A stretch of 64,000 nucleotides of DNA from Burkholderiales bacterium (lineage in GTDB: Bacteria; Pseudomonadota; Gammaproteobacteria; Burkholderiales; Burkholderiaceae_F): the NCBI GenBank assembly GCA_900290295.1, contig OMSW01000112.1, positions 48,353 to 112,352 on the forward strand. Reading direction: 5' to 3'. Under the pieces are notes generated by a model. It saw only the letters and a program-made list of their open reading frames with translations, did no database searches and was not told where the DNA came from. Positions 32,038-42,583 of the stretch are shown piece after piece. The position numbers and the translations under genes are program-made. The stretch's first letter is position 1. Every line of letters starts with the position of its first letter.

Positions 32038-32611
32038 GTTGATGCGAGCCTTCCCCGGCAAACCATTTCGATTCCAGGCATTCGCGCAGGCGCAGCCGGG
32101 CCCGATACAGCATCACAAAACAATTCGTCGATGTCACCTTCATTTCCTTACAGATTTCCACGGTATCGAACTCGAGCCACTCGCGCAGGAGGAAGGCGCG
32201 CGCCAGCGGCGCCGGCAGCTGGTCGACACAAGCTTGCAACACCGCGAAGAACTCCTTGCGTGCAAAGCTCGATTCCGGATCGCCCCATTCAAGCGGAGCC
32301 GAGATCCGGTGTCCCGTGCCATCGAACAGTCCCTCCAAGTCGTCTCCCCCGTCGATTTCCTGCTGCGCATCGATGGAAACCTCGCGGCTGCCGCGTCGGA
32401 ATTGGTCGATGATCTTGTGCTTGAGAATCCCGACCACCCAGGTCCGCAGCTGTGAGCGATAGTCAAACGCGGCCATGCCCTCCATCGCAGCCACGATTGT
32501 CTCCGAAACCGCGTCCTCGGCCCAGGCCTCGTTGCGCAATTGCAGGCGTGCCACTCGCAGCAGCATTGGACGCAGCTCGGCGATTTTCTGCGATCCGTTT
32601 CCTTGGCCCAT
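32030..32611 (-). CDS. ECF sigma-70 factor (TIGR02943-like)
   Basis: ARLQLRN..AED.V.ET, TW..GILKHKIID, EIC......TN..V.LYRAR..LR.CLE. Confidence 0.9.
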   Translation of the reverse strand: MGQGNGSQKIAELRPMLLRVARLQLRNEAWAEDAVSETIVAAMEGMAAFDYRSQLRTWVVGILKHKIIDQFRRGSREVSIDAQQEIDGGDDLEGLFDGTGHRISAPLEWGDPESSFARKEFFAVLQACVDQLPAPLARAFLLREWLEFDTVEICKEMKVTSTNCFVMLYRARLRLRECLESKWFAGEGSHQHG

Positions 32612-32644
32612 AGTTTGGCAGCACTCCGCCGGCGCAATCCGTAC

Positions 32645-33330
32645 TCAGGAATTCGCCGCGCTGCGGTGCCGGCGCTGGACCAGCGAAGACGTGTTCCAGC
32701 GCGCGCCGCCTTGCACTACGATTTCGGGGTAAAACGGGTCGATCAGTGCGGCAAGCCGCAGCGATGGGCCGTTGCGCCATGCTGCCCCAAGGCAAGCGGC
32801 GAGGTCCTTGCGCATCCGCGGGACGGCAAATCCGAAGTCGAAGCGTCCTTCGGTCAAGGTCGGACCTCGCTGTTCCATATGCCCACTCTGTGCCGCACGT
32901 TCGCCGCTGTGGTGTCCCGGACCCGGCCCAGGCCCAGTACTTTGACCCAAATGCGTGCCTTCGGCCAGACCCTGGACCATGCCCGCAACATACAACGGGT
33001 TCGTCATCTTGGCCAAGGTCCGGCGCCGCATGCACCGATGCGGCTCGCGGCTCGGGCATAGGCGCGCACCAGCCGTGGCCGCTTAAACCGCGCCCGGTCG
33101 CCGCCGTACAGGACCCTCAGGCCCCCCGGCCTTTGCTCCGGGCGAGCACCCAGAGGCGGGCGCATCCACTTCGCGGATCCGCAAATCGCGGGCGCCACGG
33201 TAGAGCAACCGGGCGCCCTGTGCGGGCGGTGGGCTCGACAAGGACTTGCGCCATCTCCGGTGGCCTGAAAGGCGCCCTGGGGCCTTAGCGTGACCTGCAG
33301 CAGGTCCGTTAGGGCCGATCGAGGCTTGTC
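32645..33330 (-). pseudogene. Degraded NAD(P)-dependent beta-hydroxyacid dehydrogenase (GarR/MmsB family)
   Basis: Segments in three frames: VDAPASG..GAK.G / LRVLYGGD...AYARA...GACGAG / AKMTN....GMVQGLAEG...AAQS.HME.RG....RFDFGFAV..MRKDL...LID.FY....GG.RWNTSSL; N-terminal Rossmann motif missing. Confidence 0.8.
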
Positions 33331-33362
33331 GGGTTCTGCCGGCCCGGCGCCCGCGCTGCGGT

Positions 33363-34988
33363 TCAAAACCCGCAGGCTTGGCCGTCGCGGCGGCTGTCGC
33401 TCGCAGCGACATAGCCCTCGCGCAGGGGATTGCCCAAACGCCAGATGAACTGACCGGACCCGAAGTCCATGTAGGAGTCTTCGGAAACGACGATGCGATG
33501 ACCGCGGCGCACCAGCTCCGCCCGCGCAGTCGGATCGATCGTTGGCTCGAGCTCGATATCCACGCTTTGATTCCACTTCCAACGAGGGGCGTCACACGCA
33601 GACTGCGGCTGCTGCTTGGCGAGCAGCATACGGCACAAGGTTTGCACCTGACCCTGGGGCTGCATGTTCCCGCCCATCACGCCGAAACTCATCTGCGGCT
33701 GGCCTGCCTGCGTCAAGAATCCGGGAATGATCGTGTGAAACGGTCGCTTGCCCGGCGCCACGCAGTTGGGATGTCCGGCGTCCAGCGAGAACGCGTGGCC
33801 CCGGTTTTGCAGCGCGATTCCCCAACCGGGAACGACCACGCCCGAGCCGAAGCCCATGAAGTTGGACTGGATCAGGCTCACCATCATGCCGCGCTCGTCC
33901 GCGCTGCTCAGGTAGACCGTGCCGCCTTGGCGCGGCATGCCGCTGGAGCATGCCAGCGCGCGCCGCATGTCGATCAGCGCGGCGCGGCTGCGTAGATAAT
34001 CATCATCGAGCAGCTGCTCGGCGCGCACGCGCATCGCCGCAGGCTCGGCAATGTGCGCGTAGACATCGGCAAACGCTAGCTTCATCGCCTCGATTGTGAC
34101 GTGATACCAGTCGGGCGAATCGACCGGGTAGGCGGCCATTTCTGTGTGCCGCAGGATTCCCAAGCACATTAGGGCAGCAATTCCCTGGCCATTTGGGGGG
34201 ATCTGGTGCAGTTCGTGGCCATGGAACGACGTGGCAATCGGATCGACCCACTCCGGAACGAAGGCCGCCAGGTCGGATTCGCACAGGGCGCCACCGCCGG
34301 CACGGGCGAATCCGGCGATCGCTGCCGCGATTTCGCCACGATAGAAGGCTTCCCCGCGCGTCGCCGCTATGCACTGCAGGGCGCGGGCCGTCCCCGGTAT
34401 CGTCACATGCTCGCCAACCGCAGGTGCACGCCCGCGTGGCAGAAAGTGCTCGGCGAATCCCGGCTGGTCGGCGAGCAAAGCGGCACCTCGCTGCCACTTC
34501 TCTTGCGTGATCGGGCTCACGGCGAAGCCGCGCTCGGCATACGCAATGGCGGGCGCCAGGACCTCGTCAAATCCGAGGCAGCCAAATCGGGCGTGGAGCG
34601 CGCCCCAGCCTGCTACCGCGCCCGGAACCGTAACAGTGTCCCAGCCACGGACGGGCCGCTTTGCCGCGCAGTCTTCGCCGTAGCGCTCTACGAAGTACTC
34701 ACGCGTCCAGGCTGCCGGGGCGGTGCCGCTGGCATTGAGTCCGTGGAGTCGATCGCCGTCCCAAACCAGAGCAAAGAGATCCGACCCGAGGCCGTTCGAG
34801 CACGGCTCCGTCAGCGCGATCACGGCCGCGCTGGCAACCGCCGCATCGATTGCGTTGCCGCCGCGGGACAGCGCGCGCAATCCGGCACTGGCTGCCAGCG
34901 GGTGCGAGGTGGCAACCAGATTGCGCGCAAAGACCGGAGTGCGCACGCTGGGATATGGGTTGTGCCAGGAAAATTCTATGCGGCTCAT
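33363..34988 (-). CDS. ggt: Gamma-glutamyltransferase family protein
   Basis: GGNAIDAA, TVPGAV.GW, PPNGQG, GTVYL..AD, LQNRG, KRPFHTIIP, MGGNMQPQG, SD.RRDG; start reassigned to ATG 34988. Confidence 0.92.
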   Translation of the reverse strand: MSRIEFSWHNPYPSVRTPVFARNLVATSHPLAASAGLRALSRGGNAIDAAVASAAVIALTEPCSNGLGSDLFALVWDGDRLHGLNASGTAPAAWTREYFVERYGEDCAAKRPVRGWDTVTVPGAVAGWGALHARFGCLGFDEVLAPAIAYAERGFAVSPITQEKWQRGAALLADQPGFAEHFLPRGRAPAVGEHVTIPGTARALQCIAATRGEAFYRGEIAAAIAGFARAGGGALCESDLAAFVPEWVDPIATSFHGHELHQIPPNGQGIAALMCLGILRHTEMAAYPVDSPDWYHVTIEAMKLAFADVYAHIAEPAAMRVRAEQLLDDDYLRSRAALIDMRRALACSSGMPRQGGTVYLSSADERGMMVSLIQSNFMGFGSGVVVPGWGIALQNRGHAFSLDAGHPNCVAPGKRPFHTIIPGFLTQAGQPQMSFGVMGGNMQPQGQVQTLCRMLLAKQQPQSACDAPRWKWNQSVDIELEPTIDPTARAELVRRGHRIVVSEDSYMDFGSGQFIWRLGNPLREGYVAASDSRRDGQACGF

Positions 34989-35336
34989 CAGTGTGGTGGC
35001 GCATCCGATAGGAGACGCATGCGGGCGATCGCTCCGAGGGAATCTTAACCTGCGATGGATCGCACCGGGCACCCCGGTGCGCCGGCCTCGGAGCCCGGGC
35101 AATCCCGGTTGCCGATGCGCTACGCTCCGTCTTCGTCCGCGCAATTCGACGCTGTAGTTGCGGCGTGACGCGGGCCGCAGACGTGGACAAAACCGAAGCG
35201 GTCGAGCGCGCCCTGCGGCAGCGGTCGAGCGCGTTGGCGATTTCCCCTGTCCAATTGAGCACGTGATGTCGAAATTCTTTGCCTTCGGTCGCAGCAACGC
35301 GGTGTTGATCGCATCGCGCATCGCGGGGTGAGCTGC

Positions 35337-36131
35337 ATGCCCAAGCCAGACTGGCCCTACCCGCGCCTGGTGGCGCATCGCGGCGGCGGGGCGTTTGCCC
35401 CCGAGAACACGCTCGAAGCTTGCGAAGTCGGCTTGCGCCATGGGTACCGCGCGGCGGAGGTGGATGCGGTGCTGTCGGCCGACGAGGTACCGGTGCTATT
35501 GCACGACGCGACACTGGAGCGCACCACGGATGGCCGCGGGTTGGTCGCACACCGGACCGCCGATGAACTGGCAAGGCTGGACGCCGGAAGCTGGTTTGGC
35601 ACAGAGTTTGCCGGTGTCCGGATTCCCACCCTCGTGCAGGCGCTGCACCACTGTCGGGAACGGGGAATGTGGCTCAACGTCGAGATTAAGCCGGTGGCGG
35701 GTTTCGAAGCACGTACCGGCAAGATCGTTGGGGAGGCGGTGGCACGTTTTTGCGCCGACGCCGGTCCCGCAGTGATTCCCGCGCCCTTGCTTTCCTCCTT
35801 CTCGCGCACGGCGCTAGCAGCTGCGCGCAGCAGCGCGCCGGGAATTGCACGAGGGCTACTGATTTCCGGCGTCGTGGCGGACTGGCGCGAGGCGCTGCAG
35901 GCGCTGGCTTGCGTTTCTTTGCACTGCGATCACCGCAAGCTGGACGCAGCGCTGGTGCAAGAGGTCAAGGACCGCGGTTACGGACTGCTTTGCTATACGG
36001 TGAACGATCCGGCGCGAGCCAGGGCCCTTTGGTCGTGGGGCGTTGACGCGATATGCACGGATCGAATCGACCTGATCCACCCGGCCGATGAACCGGGGCT
36101 CGGCGCGCGGCGGCCAGGCGGTGCTCCCTGA
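35337..36131 (+). CDS. ugpQ: Glycerophosphodiester phosphodiesterase
   Basis: WPYP..VAHRGGG..APENT, HD.TLERTT, NVEIKP, YTVND, GVDAICTD. Confidence 0.92.
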   Translation: MPKPDWPYPRLVAHRGGGAFAPENTLEACEVGLRHGYRAAEVDAVLSADEVPVLLHDATLERTTDGRGLVAHRTADELARLDAGSWFGTEFAGVRIPTLVQALHHCRERGMWLNVEIKPVAGFEARTGKIVGEAVARFCADAGPAVIPAPLLSSFSRTALAAARSSAPGIARGLLISGVVADWREALQALACVSLHCDHRKLDAALVQEVKDRGYGLLCYTVNDPARARALWSWGVDAICTDRIDLIHPADEPGLGARRPGGAP

Positions 36132-36163
36132 TAAGGGCGGCCCGCCGGCAGATCCGCAGCGGC

Positions 36164-36907
36164 TCAGCGGTCGGTCTTCGAAGTGTTCGTGCCCAGGATG
36201 GCGCGCAGCCGTTCCGCATCGAGGATGCGCACGTGTTTCTGATCGACCTCGATCAGTCGCTCCTGCGCGAAGTGCGACAGGGCGCGACTTACGGTTTCGA
36301 GCTTTAGGCCGAGAAAACTGCCGATTTCCGCCCGGGTCATGCGCAGCACGAACTCCGAACGCGAGTAACCGCGCGCCTCGAACCGCTGCGACAGGTTGAG
36401 CAGGAAGGCGGCGAGCCGCTCCTCCGCGTGCATGCTGCCGAGCAGGAGCATGACGCCATGCTCGCGCACGATCTCCCGGCTCATCACCTTGCGCAGGTGG
36501 TTCTGCAGCGCGGGCAGGGTAGCGGCGAATTCCTCCACCCGGTTGTAGGGAATGACGCATACCTCCGTGTCTTCCAGGGCAGTCGTGTCGCAGGTGTGGG
36601 TATCGGCGGAAATGCCGTCCAGACCGACCAATTCGCCGGCCATGTGAAACCCGGTCACCTGCTCATGGCCGTCGCTCGACATCAAGGTGCTCTTCAAAAA
36701 ACCCAGGCGCACCGCGTATAGCGATTCAAATCGGTCCCCGGCGCGAAACAGCGCCTCGCCTCGGTGGATCTTGCGCCGCGTGGCGACGATTTGTTCGACC
36801 TGGTTCAACTCGTCCGAGGAAAGGCCAACCGGGAGGCAGAGTTCCCGCAGGTTGCAGTTCGAGCAGGCAACGCGCAGATTGGCCAGGTTCATGGAATTTG
36901 GAGCCAT
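36164..36907 (-). CDS. fnr: Fumarate/nitrate reduction regulator with Fe-S Cys ligands
   Basis: CSNCNLRELC N-terminal cluster plus EVC, recognition helix LETVSR; start may be 36907 or 36892. Confidence 0.93.
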   Translation of the reverse strand: MAPNSMNLANLRVACSNCNLRELCLPVGLSSDELNQVEQIVATRRKIHRGEALFRAGDRFESLYAVRLGFLKSTLMSSDGHEQVTGFHMAGELVGLDGISADTHTCDTTALEDTEVCVIPYNRVEEFAATLPALQNHLRKVMSREIVREHGVMLLLGSMHAEERLAAFLLNLSQRFEARGYSRSEFVLRMTRAEIGSFLGLKLETVSRALSHFAQERLIEVDQKHVRILDAERLRAILGTNTSKTDR

Positions 36908-36962
36908 AAGGATATCCCGCAAACGCAATGAGACCCATCTTCCGATACGAAGGTGGCTGGAA

Positions 36963-36976
36963 TTGACGCTCGTCAA
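36963..36976. promoter_or_regulatory. FNR-type binding site
   Basis: Perfect palindrome TTGAC-GCTC-GTCAA between divergent fnr and hemN. Confidence 0.75.
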
Positions 36977-37119
36977 GCCGGGCGCCGAGTATGGTGGGAT
37001 ATTACTCGCTGGGTAATTTTGCGCATTACCCGCGCGGAGCGTGTTCTTAGACGGTGGCCGGCGGGCCGTTGGATGCGCGGCGGCGAGAAAAAAGGGAAAG
37101 CGAGTCGTAATTGGAAGAC

Positions 37120-38532
37120 ATGGTCATGAGCAAAGGAGGTAGCCTCAGCAAAGGCAACGTGGAGCTACCCGACCGCGCGACTTTGCGCCGCTACGACCAA
37201 GCAGGCCCCCGATATACGTCCTATCCGACAGCCGACCGGTTTGTCGAGGCCTTCGATGCCGAGGCCTACGCGCGCTGGCTGGCGGTGCCGAGCACGGTAG
37301 GAGCCCGTCCACTTTCCCTGTACGTGCACATTCCCTTCTGCAACACGATTTGCTACTACTGCGGCTGCAACAAAATCGTCACCAAGGACCATGGCAAGGC
37401 CGCCGAATACCTCGGGTTCCTGGAAAAAGAGATCGACTTGGTCGCCGATCGGCTCAGCGGCGCGCGCCCGGTCGAGCAGCTGCATCTGGGCGGGGGCACT
37501 CCGACCTACCTTTCAAGTGAGGAGTTGCAACGGCTGATGGTGTTGTTGCGCGCACGCTTCGCCTTTGCGCCGCGCGGCGAATTCAGCATCGAGATCGACC
37601 CGCGCACGGCTCCGCCGGAAAAGATCCGCGCGCTGGCATCCCTAGGCTTCAATCGCCTGTCGGTCGGCGTGCAGGATTTTGACGCCGACGTCCAGCGTGC
37701 GGTAAACCGCGAGCAGAGCTTTGAAATCACGCAGGAGAGCGTGCAAGCGGCCCGTGCAGCCGGTTTCCAGTCGATCAATTTCGACTTGATTTACGGCCTG
37801 CCGCGGCAGTCAAGCGCTAGTTTCTCGGTCACCCTGGACCGGGTTCTCGAGCTGGATCCGGACCGAATTGCCCTCTATCACTACGCGCACCTGCCGGAGC
37901 GGTTCAAGCCGCAGCGGCGCATCGACCCGCAGGCCGTGCCGTCGCCGCAGGAAAAGCTCACGATCATGATCGATGCGATCCGGCGTCTTTGCGCTGCCGG
38001 CTACGAATACATCGGCATGGACCACTTTGCCAAGTCCAATGACGACTTGGCGCGCGCCCAGCGCCAGGGGCGACTGCATCGCAATTTTCAGGGCTACAGC
38101 ACGCGCCCCGACTACGACCTCATCGGGCTCGGTGTTTCGGCCATCGGCAAGATCGGACCCACGTACGCGCAGAACACCCGATCGCTGGATGAGTACTACG
38201 AGAGCCTGCGCGGCGGCGTCCTGCCGATTCAGCGCGGCATCCAGCTCAACGCCGACGACCTAGCACGGCGCGCGGTCATCATGGCCCTGATGTGTCACTT
38301 CGAGGTCGCCAAGGAGTCGATAGCCACCGCGCATCTGCTCGATTTTGACGAGTACTTTGGCACCGAACTTGCCGAGCTCGGACCACTTCAGGATGCGGGC
38401 CTGGTCGAGTGCACCAAGGATTGGATCAGCGTAACGCCCAAAGGCCGACTGCTGGTGCGGGCGGTGGCGATGGTATTCGATCGGTATCTGCGCAACGACC
38501 GCCGCACCCGGCCGTACTCAAAGATCGTCTAG
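37120..38532 (+). CDS. hemN: Oxygen-independent coproporphyrinogen III oxidase
   Basis: GPRYTSYP, HIPFC..ICYYCGC radical SAM motif, GGGTPT, RNFQGY; start may be 37120 or 37126. Confidence 0.96.
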   Translation: MVMSKGGSLSKGNVELPDRATLRRYDQAGPRYTSYPTADRFVEAFDAEAYARWLAVPSTVGARPLSLYVHIPFCNTICYYCGCNKIVTKDHGKAAEYLGFLEKEIDLVADRLSGARPVEQLHLGGGTPTYLSSEELQRLMVLLRARFAFAPRGEFSIEIDPRTAPPEKIRALASLGFNRLSVGVQDFDADVQRAVNREQSFEITQESVQAARAAGFQSINFDLIYGLPRQSSASFSVTLDRVLELDPDRIALYHYAHLPERFKPQRRIDPQAVPSPQEKLTIMIDAIRRLCAAGYEYIGMDHFAKSNDDLARAQRQGRLHRNFQGYSTRPDYDLIGLGVSAIGKIGPTYAQNTRSLDEYYESLRGGVLPIQRGIQLNADDLARRAVIMALMCHFEVAKESIATAHLLDFDEYFGTELAELGPLQDAGLVECTKDWISVTPKGRLLVRAVAMVFDRYLRNDRRTRPYSKIV

Positions 38533-38643
38533 GCACCGGTTTTCCGCGCGGGCAGCGACGCGGCGGAAGGACCAGTATCATGTGCGGTCGATGTCCGGGC
38601 CCCACCGCTCGGGCGCCGCTGCACCCGAATCGACCGATATCCA

Positions 38644-41283
38644 ATGAACAGCTCCGAAATCCGTGAGTGCTTCCTGGCATTCTTCGCTGCCAAGGGTCAT
38701 GCCCGCGTCCGTGCCGCCTCCTTGATTCCGGCAAACGACCCGACGCTGCTTTTCACGAACTCCGGCATGGTCCAGTTCAAGGACGTGTTCACCGGGAAGG
38801 AGTCGCGCCCCTATACGCGCGCGACCTCGGCGCAAAAATCGCTGCGCGCCGGCGGCAAACACAACGACCTGGAAAATGTTGGCTATACCGCTCGCCACCA
38901 TACCTTCTTCGAAATGCTGGGAAATTTCAGCTTCGGGGACTATTTCAAGCGCGAGGCGATCGGCTTTGCCTGGGAATTGCTCACCACGGTGTACCGGCTG
39001 CCGGTCGATCGGCTCTGGATAACCGTCTATGTCGATGATGATGCGGCATATGACATTTGGACGCGCGAAATCGGCGTGCGAGCCGATCGCTGCATCCGCA
39101 TCGGCGACAAGCCGGGCTCGCCGCGATACACCTCCGACAATTTCTGGCAAATGGCCGATACGGGCCCCTGCGGACCCTGCTCGGAGGTTTTTTTCGACCA
39201 TGGTCCGGACGTGGCCGGTGGGCCGCCCGGGAGCGCCGAGGCGGACGGCGACCGCTACATTGAAATCTGGAATCTTGTCTTCATGCAGTTCGACCGCGAC
39301 GCTGGCGGCAATCTCTCACCCCTGCCGCGGCCGTGCGTCGATACCGGCATGGGTCTGGAGCGTCTGGCGGCGGTGCTGCAGCACGTGCACAGCAATTACC
39401 AGATCGATCTTTTTCAAAGCCTCATCCGGGCCGCTGCCCGCGTCACCGGCGCGCGCGATCTGACCGACAATTCGCTGAAGGTCATTGCCGATCACATTCG
39501 CGCTTGCGCGTTTCTGATCGCCGATGGGGTGATCCCAGGCAATGAGGGGCGTGGCTACGTGCTGCGACGAATCATCCGCCGTGCCCTGCGCCATGGGTAC
39601 CAGCTGGGCTGCCGCGCGCCGTTCTTCCACCGCTTGGTGGTGGATCTCGAAAGAGAGATGGGTGCCGCCTACCCCGAGCTCGGTGAGCAGCGAGCGCGAA
39701 TCGAGTCGGTGCTGCTGCAGGAGGAGGAACGCTTCGGCGAGACGCTGGAGCACGGAATGAAGATTCTTACCGAGGCGTTTTCCCGCCTCGCCGCCAGCGC
39801 CGCGCCGCAGATCGACGGTGAAACGGCATTCGTCCTGTATGACACCTATGGCTTTCCGGTCGATCTGACGGCAGACATCGCCCGCGAACGAAACATCGGT
39901 GTGGACCTAGAAGGGTTCGATGCTGCCATGGAGCGCCAGCGCGAACAGGCGCGCGCGGCGGGCAAGTTCAAGGTCAGCGGCGGTGCGCATTTCGAGGGTG
40001 CGGCAACGCGTTTCGTCGGATACGACACCCTCGAGAGCGAGTCCTCCGTGCTGGCCATCTACCGTGGCGACACGGCCGTCTCGCACCTCGATGCGGGCCA
40101 AGGGGCAAGCGTGGTTCTGGATACAACGCCCTTTTACGCGGAGTCCGGCGGACAGGTCGGGGATCGCGGCACGCTTCGTGGCGGCTCTGCACTGTTCGAG
40201 GTCGATGACACGCAGAAATTGCAGCCCGAGGTCTTTGCGCATCATGGCACCCTACGTCAAGGGACGCTTCGGGTAGGAGATCGCGTACGGGCAAGTGTCG
40301 ATGCCGCCGTGCGCGGGCGCACACGGCACAACCACTCGGCCACGCATCTGATGCATGCTGCGCTGCGTGCGGTCCTCGGCGCACATGTCCAGCAGAAGGG
40401 CTCCCTGGTCGATGCCGCGCGCACACGCTTTGATTTTTCACATGACAAGCCACTGACGGCGGACCAGATAGCCCGTGTCGAGGAACACGTCAACGATGCG
40501 ATTCGCGCCAATGCCGAGGTGTCCGCACGGCAGTTGCCCTACGAGGACGCCATTCGCGCCGGCGCTCTCGCGTTTTTCGGCGACAAGTACGGCGACCAGG
40601 TGCGCGTGATCGCCATGGGGGACGGCGCGGTCAACTATTCGACCGAACTCTGTGGGGGGACACACGTCGCGCGCACCGGCGACATCGGCTTTTTCAAGAT
40701 CGTGTCCGAAAGTGGGGTGGCCGCGGGGGTGCGCCGGGTAGAGGCGGTGACGGGTGCGGGTGCGCTCGAGTACGTGCAGCAGATCGATGCGCGCCTGAGC
40801 GAAATCGCCGCGGCGGTGCGCAGTCCGATTGCGGAGGCGGCGCATCGCATCGGCCAGATTCTCGAACAGGTGAAGGCGTACGAAAAGGACATTCTGCGCC
40901 TGCAGCAAAAACTAGCAACGGGACAGGGCGAGCAGCTGCTCGGACACGCGGTCGAGATCGGCGGCGTAAAGGTGCTCGCGGCAGTGCTCGACGGCGTCGA
41001 TGCGCGCCAACTGCGCGATACGGTCGACCAGTTGAAGAGCAGGCTCGACAGTGCTGCCATCGTGCTCGGTGCCGTGACGGACGGCAAGGTGCAACTGGTT
41101 GCCGGCGTAACGGCGAACGCGACCGGCCGCATCAAGGCCGGCGAACTGGTCAATTTCGTGGCGCAGCAGGTTGGCGGCAAGGGTGGCGGGCGTGCCGATC
41201 TGGCAATGGCGGGAGGGACCGACGCGAGCGCATTGCCCAAGGCGCTGGCCGCGGTGGAAGCATGGGCGCGCCAGCGGCTGTGA
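38644..41283 (+). CDS. alaS: Alanine--tRNA ligase
   Basis: [59 protein letters not shown]. Confidence 0.98.
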   Translation: MNSSEIRECFLAFFAAKGHARVRAASLIPANDPTLLFTNSGMVQFKDVFTGKESRPYTRATSAQKSLRAGGKHNDLENVGYTARHHTFFEMLGNFSFGDYFKREAIGFAWELLTTVYRLPVDRLWITVYVDDDAAYDIWTREIGVRADRCIRIGDKPGSPRYTSDNFWQMADTGPCGPCSEVFFDHGPDVAGGPPGSAEADGDRYIEIWNLVFMQFDRDAGGNLSPLPRPCVDTGMGLERLAAVLQHVHSNYQIDLFQSLIRAAARVTGARDLTDNSLKVIADHIRACAFLIADGVIPGNEGRGYVLRRIIRRALRHGYQLGCRAPFFHRLVVDLEREMGAAYPELGEQRARIESVLLQEEERFGETLEHGMKILTEAFSRLAASAAPQIDGETAFVLYDTYGFPVDLTADIARERNIGVDLEGFDAAMERQREQARAAGKFKVSGGAHFEGAATRFVGYDTLESESSVLAIYRGDTAVSHLDAGQGASVVLDTTPFYAESGGQVGDRGTLRGGSALFEVDDTQKLQPEVFAHHGTLRQGTLRVGDRVRASVDAAVRGRTRHNHSATHLMHAALRAVLGAHVQQKGSLVDAARTRFDFSHDKPLTADQIARVEEHVNDAIRANAEVSARQLPYEDAIRAGALAFFGDKYGDQVRVIAMGDGAVNYSTELCGGTHVARTGDIGFFKIVSESGVAAGVRRVEAVTGAGALEYVQQIDARLSEIAAAVRSPIAEAAHRIGQILEQVKAYEKDILRLQQKLATGQGEQLLGHAVEIGGVKVLAAVLDGVDARQLRDTVDQLKSRLDSAAIVLGAVTDGKVQLVAGVTANATGRIKAGELVNFVAQQVGGKGGGRADLAMAGGTDASALPKALAAVEAWARQRL

Positions 41284-41386
41284 CGTTCACGGGCCCAGCC
41301 TTGCGGGTTCCGGTCTGCCTGGCGCCTTGTTTCCGGCAGACGAACCGGAGGGGATCGAAGGAACCGCGTTTTCCAGGAGTACGCAG

Positions 41387-41638
41387 ATGAGTGCACCCGC
41401 GATTGCCGGCGACAAGTTCGACCGCGAAGTTGACACGCGCGGCTTGAGTTGTCCGCTACCGATACTGCGCGCCAAAAAGGCCTTGGCCGACATGCAAAGC
41501 GGCCAGGTACTGAAGATCGTTTCCACCGATCCGGGCTCGGTGCGCGATTTCAAGGCGTTCGCGCGCCAGACGGGCAACGCTCTGCTGGGACAGCAAACGG
41601 TCGGGAAGGAGTTCCTGCACTATCTTCGGCGCCGTTGA
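41387..41638 (+). CDS. TusA/SirA family sulfurtransferase
   Basis: D.RGLSCPLPIL, TDPGS..DF; RBS AGGAG. Confidence 0.9.
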   Translation: MSAPAIAGDKFDREVDTRGLSCPLPILRAKKALADMQSGQVLKIVSTDPGSVRDFKAFARQTGNALLGQQTVGKEFLHYLRRR

Positions 41639-41700
41639 GGCGTGCGCGGCTGCCGAGCGGGTTCGATGGAACGCAGGGGCTTGTGGGAACATACCGGAAA

Positions 41701-42093
41701 ATGCTGAATCGATTGCTTGTGTATCTGACGATCGGCGCGTTGGTTGCCTTGGCCTTGTATCTGACGGTCGCTTTCGAGTGGTCATATGCTAGCGGGGAAC
41801 GTGCGGGCTGGGTCCAGAAGTTCAGCCGCAAGGGCTGGGTCTGCAAGACCTGGGAGGGAGAACTGGTCATGGTTTCGCTTCCGGGCTCGGTACCCGAGAA
41901 GTTTCCCTTTACGGTGCGCGACGAAGGGGTCGCGGCCCTGATCAGCCAGGCGGTTGGTCAGCGCGTTATGCTGCACTATGAGCAGCACCGCGGACTTCCC
42001 GGAAACTGCTTCGGCGAGACCGGTTACTGGGTCAATGCCGTTTCGGTGATTGGCGAAGCGCCGGCGCATCCGTCGGCGTCCTCACCACAGTAG
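41701..42093 (+). CDS. Conserved membrane-anchored hypothetical protein
   Basis: N-terminal TM; WSY..GERAG.VQKFS.KGWVCKTWEGEL and GET.Y.V pattern of a recurrent uncharacterised family. Confidence 0.75.
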   Translation: MLNRLLVYLTIGALVALALYLTVAFEWSYASGERAGWVQKFSRKGWVCKTWEGELVMVSLPGSVPEKFPFTVRDEGVAALISQAVGQRVMLHYEQHRGLPGNCFGETGYWVNAVSVIGEAPAHPSASSPQ

Positions 42094-42390
42094 CTTCCCT
42101 AGGATTTGCAACGGCTTTTTCAGGTCGGCTCCAGGCGCGCGACCTGTTCTTGCACCTCGGGCAGGCTCGCCGCGAATTGCGCCAGCCGCTCGCGCTCCAG
42201 GGCGACGATTGCCGCCGGCGTGTGCTGCACGAAGCTCGGCGTAGCGAGCCGGAATGGGCCTTGGCAATTTTGGCTTCCTGCCGCATGACCTCCTTGCCCA
42301 GACGCTCGCGCTCGGCCGCGACGTCCACCTGCACCAGCAGCAAGAAGCGATAGGCGTTCACGACAGCGACCGGGGCCGTGTCGGTTTGGG
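42058..42390. repeat. Diverged direct repeat, copy 1 (decayed valS 3' end plus convergent gene tail)
   Basis: Aligns colinearly with 43176-43509; about 89% identity by hand over the last ~300 bp; identical 78-bp core 42280-42357. Confidence 0.95.
42119..42390 (-). pseudogene. valS: Frameshifted fragment of the valS C-terminus
   Basis: [45 protein letters not shown] then a 1-bp deletion relative to intact valS. Confidence 0.9.
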
Positions 42391-42583
42391 CATGCTCCAA
42401 CGTCAAAACATCACTTGAAGGCGGCTGCAGCGGCGCGCGGCTTTCCGGTGGACCTCGCGCGCTTTTCGGAATGCAAGAACGCTTCCCGTGGCTTTGGGCA
42501 CTGACATAGATTGCCGGAGCTAGACACACTTCCTACTGTAGTTCAACAAGGGCAATCAAATAGGCCCCAATTGGAGAAATACC

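Noticed and set aside
35031-35233. Hairpins and a 13-bp direct repeat (GCGGTCGAGCGCG x2) between ggt and ugpQ
   Set aside because: Only two repeat copies, no known RNA motif, and compatible with chance in GC-rich DNA; not a CRISPR array
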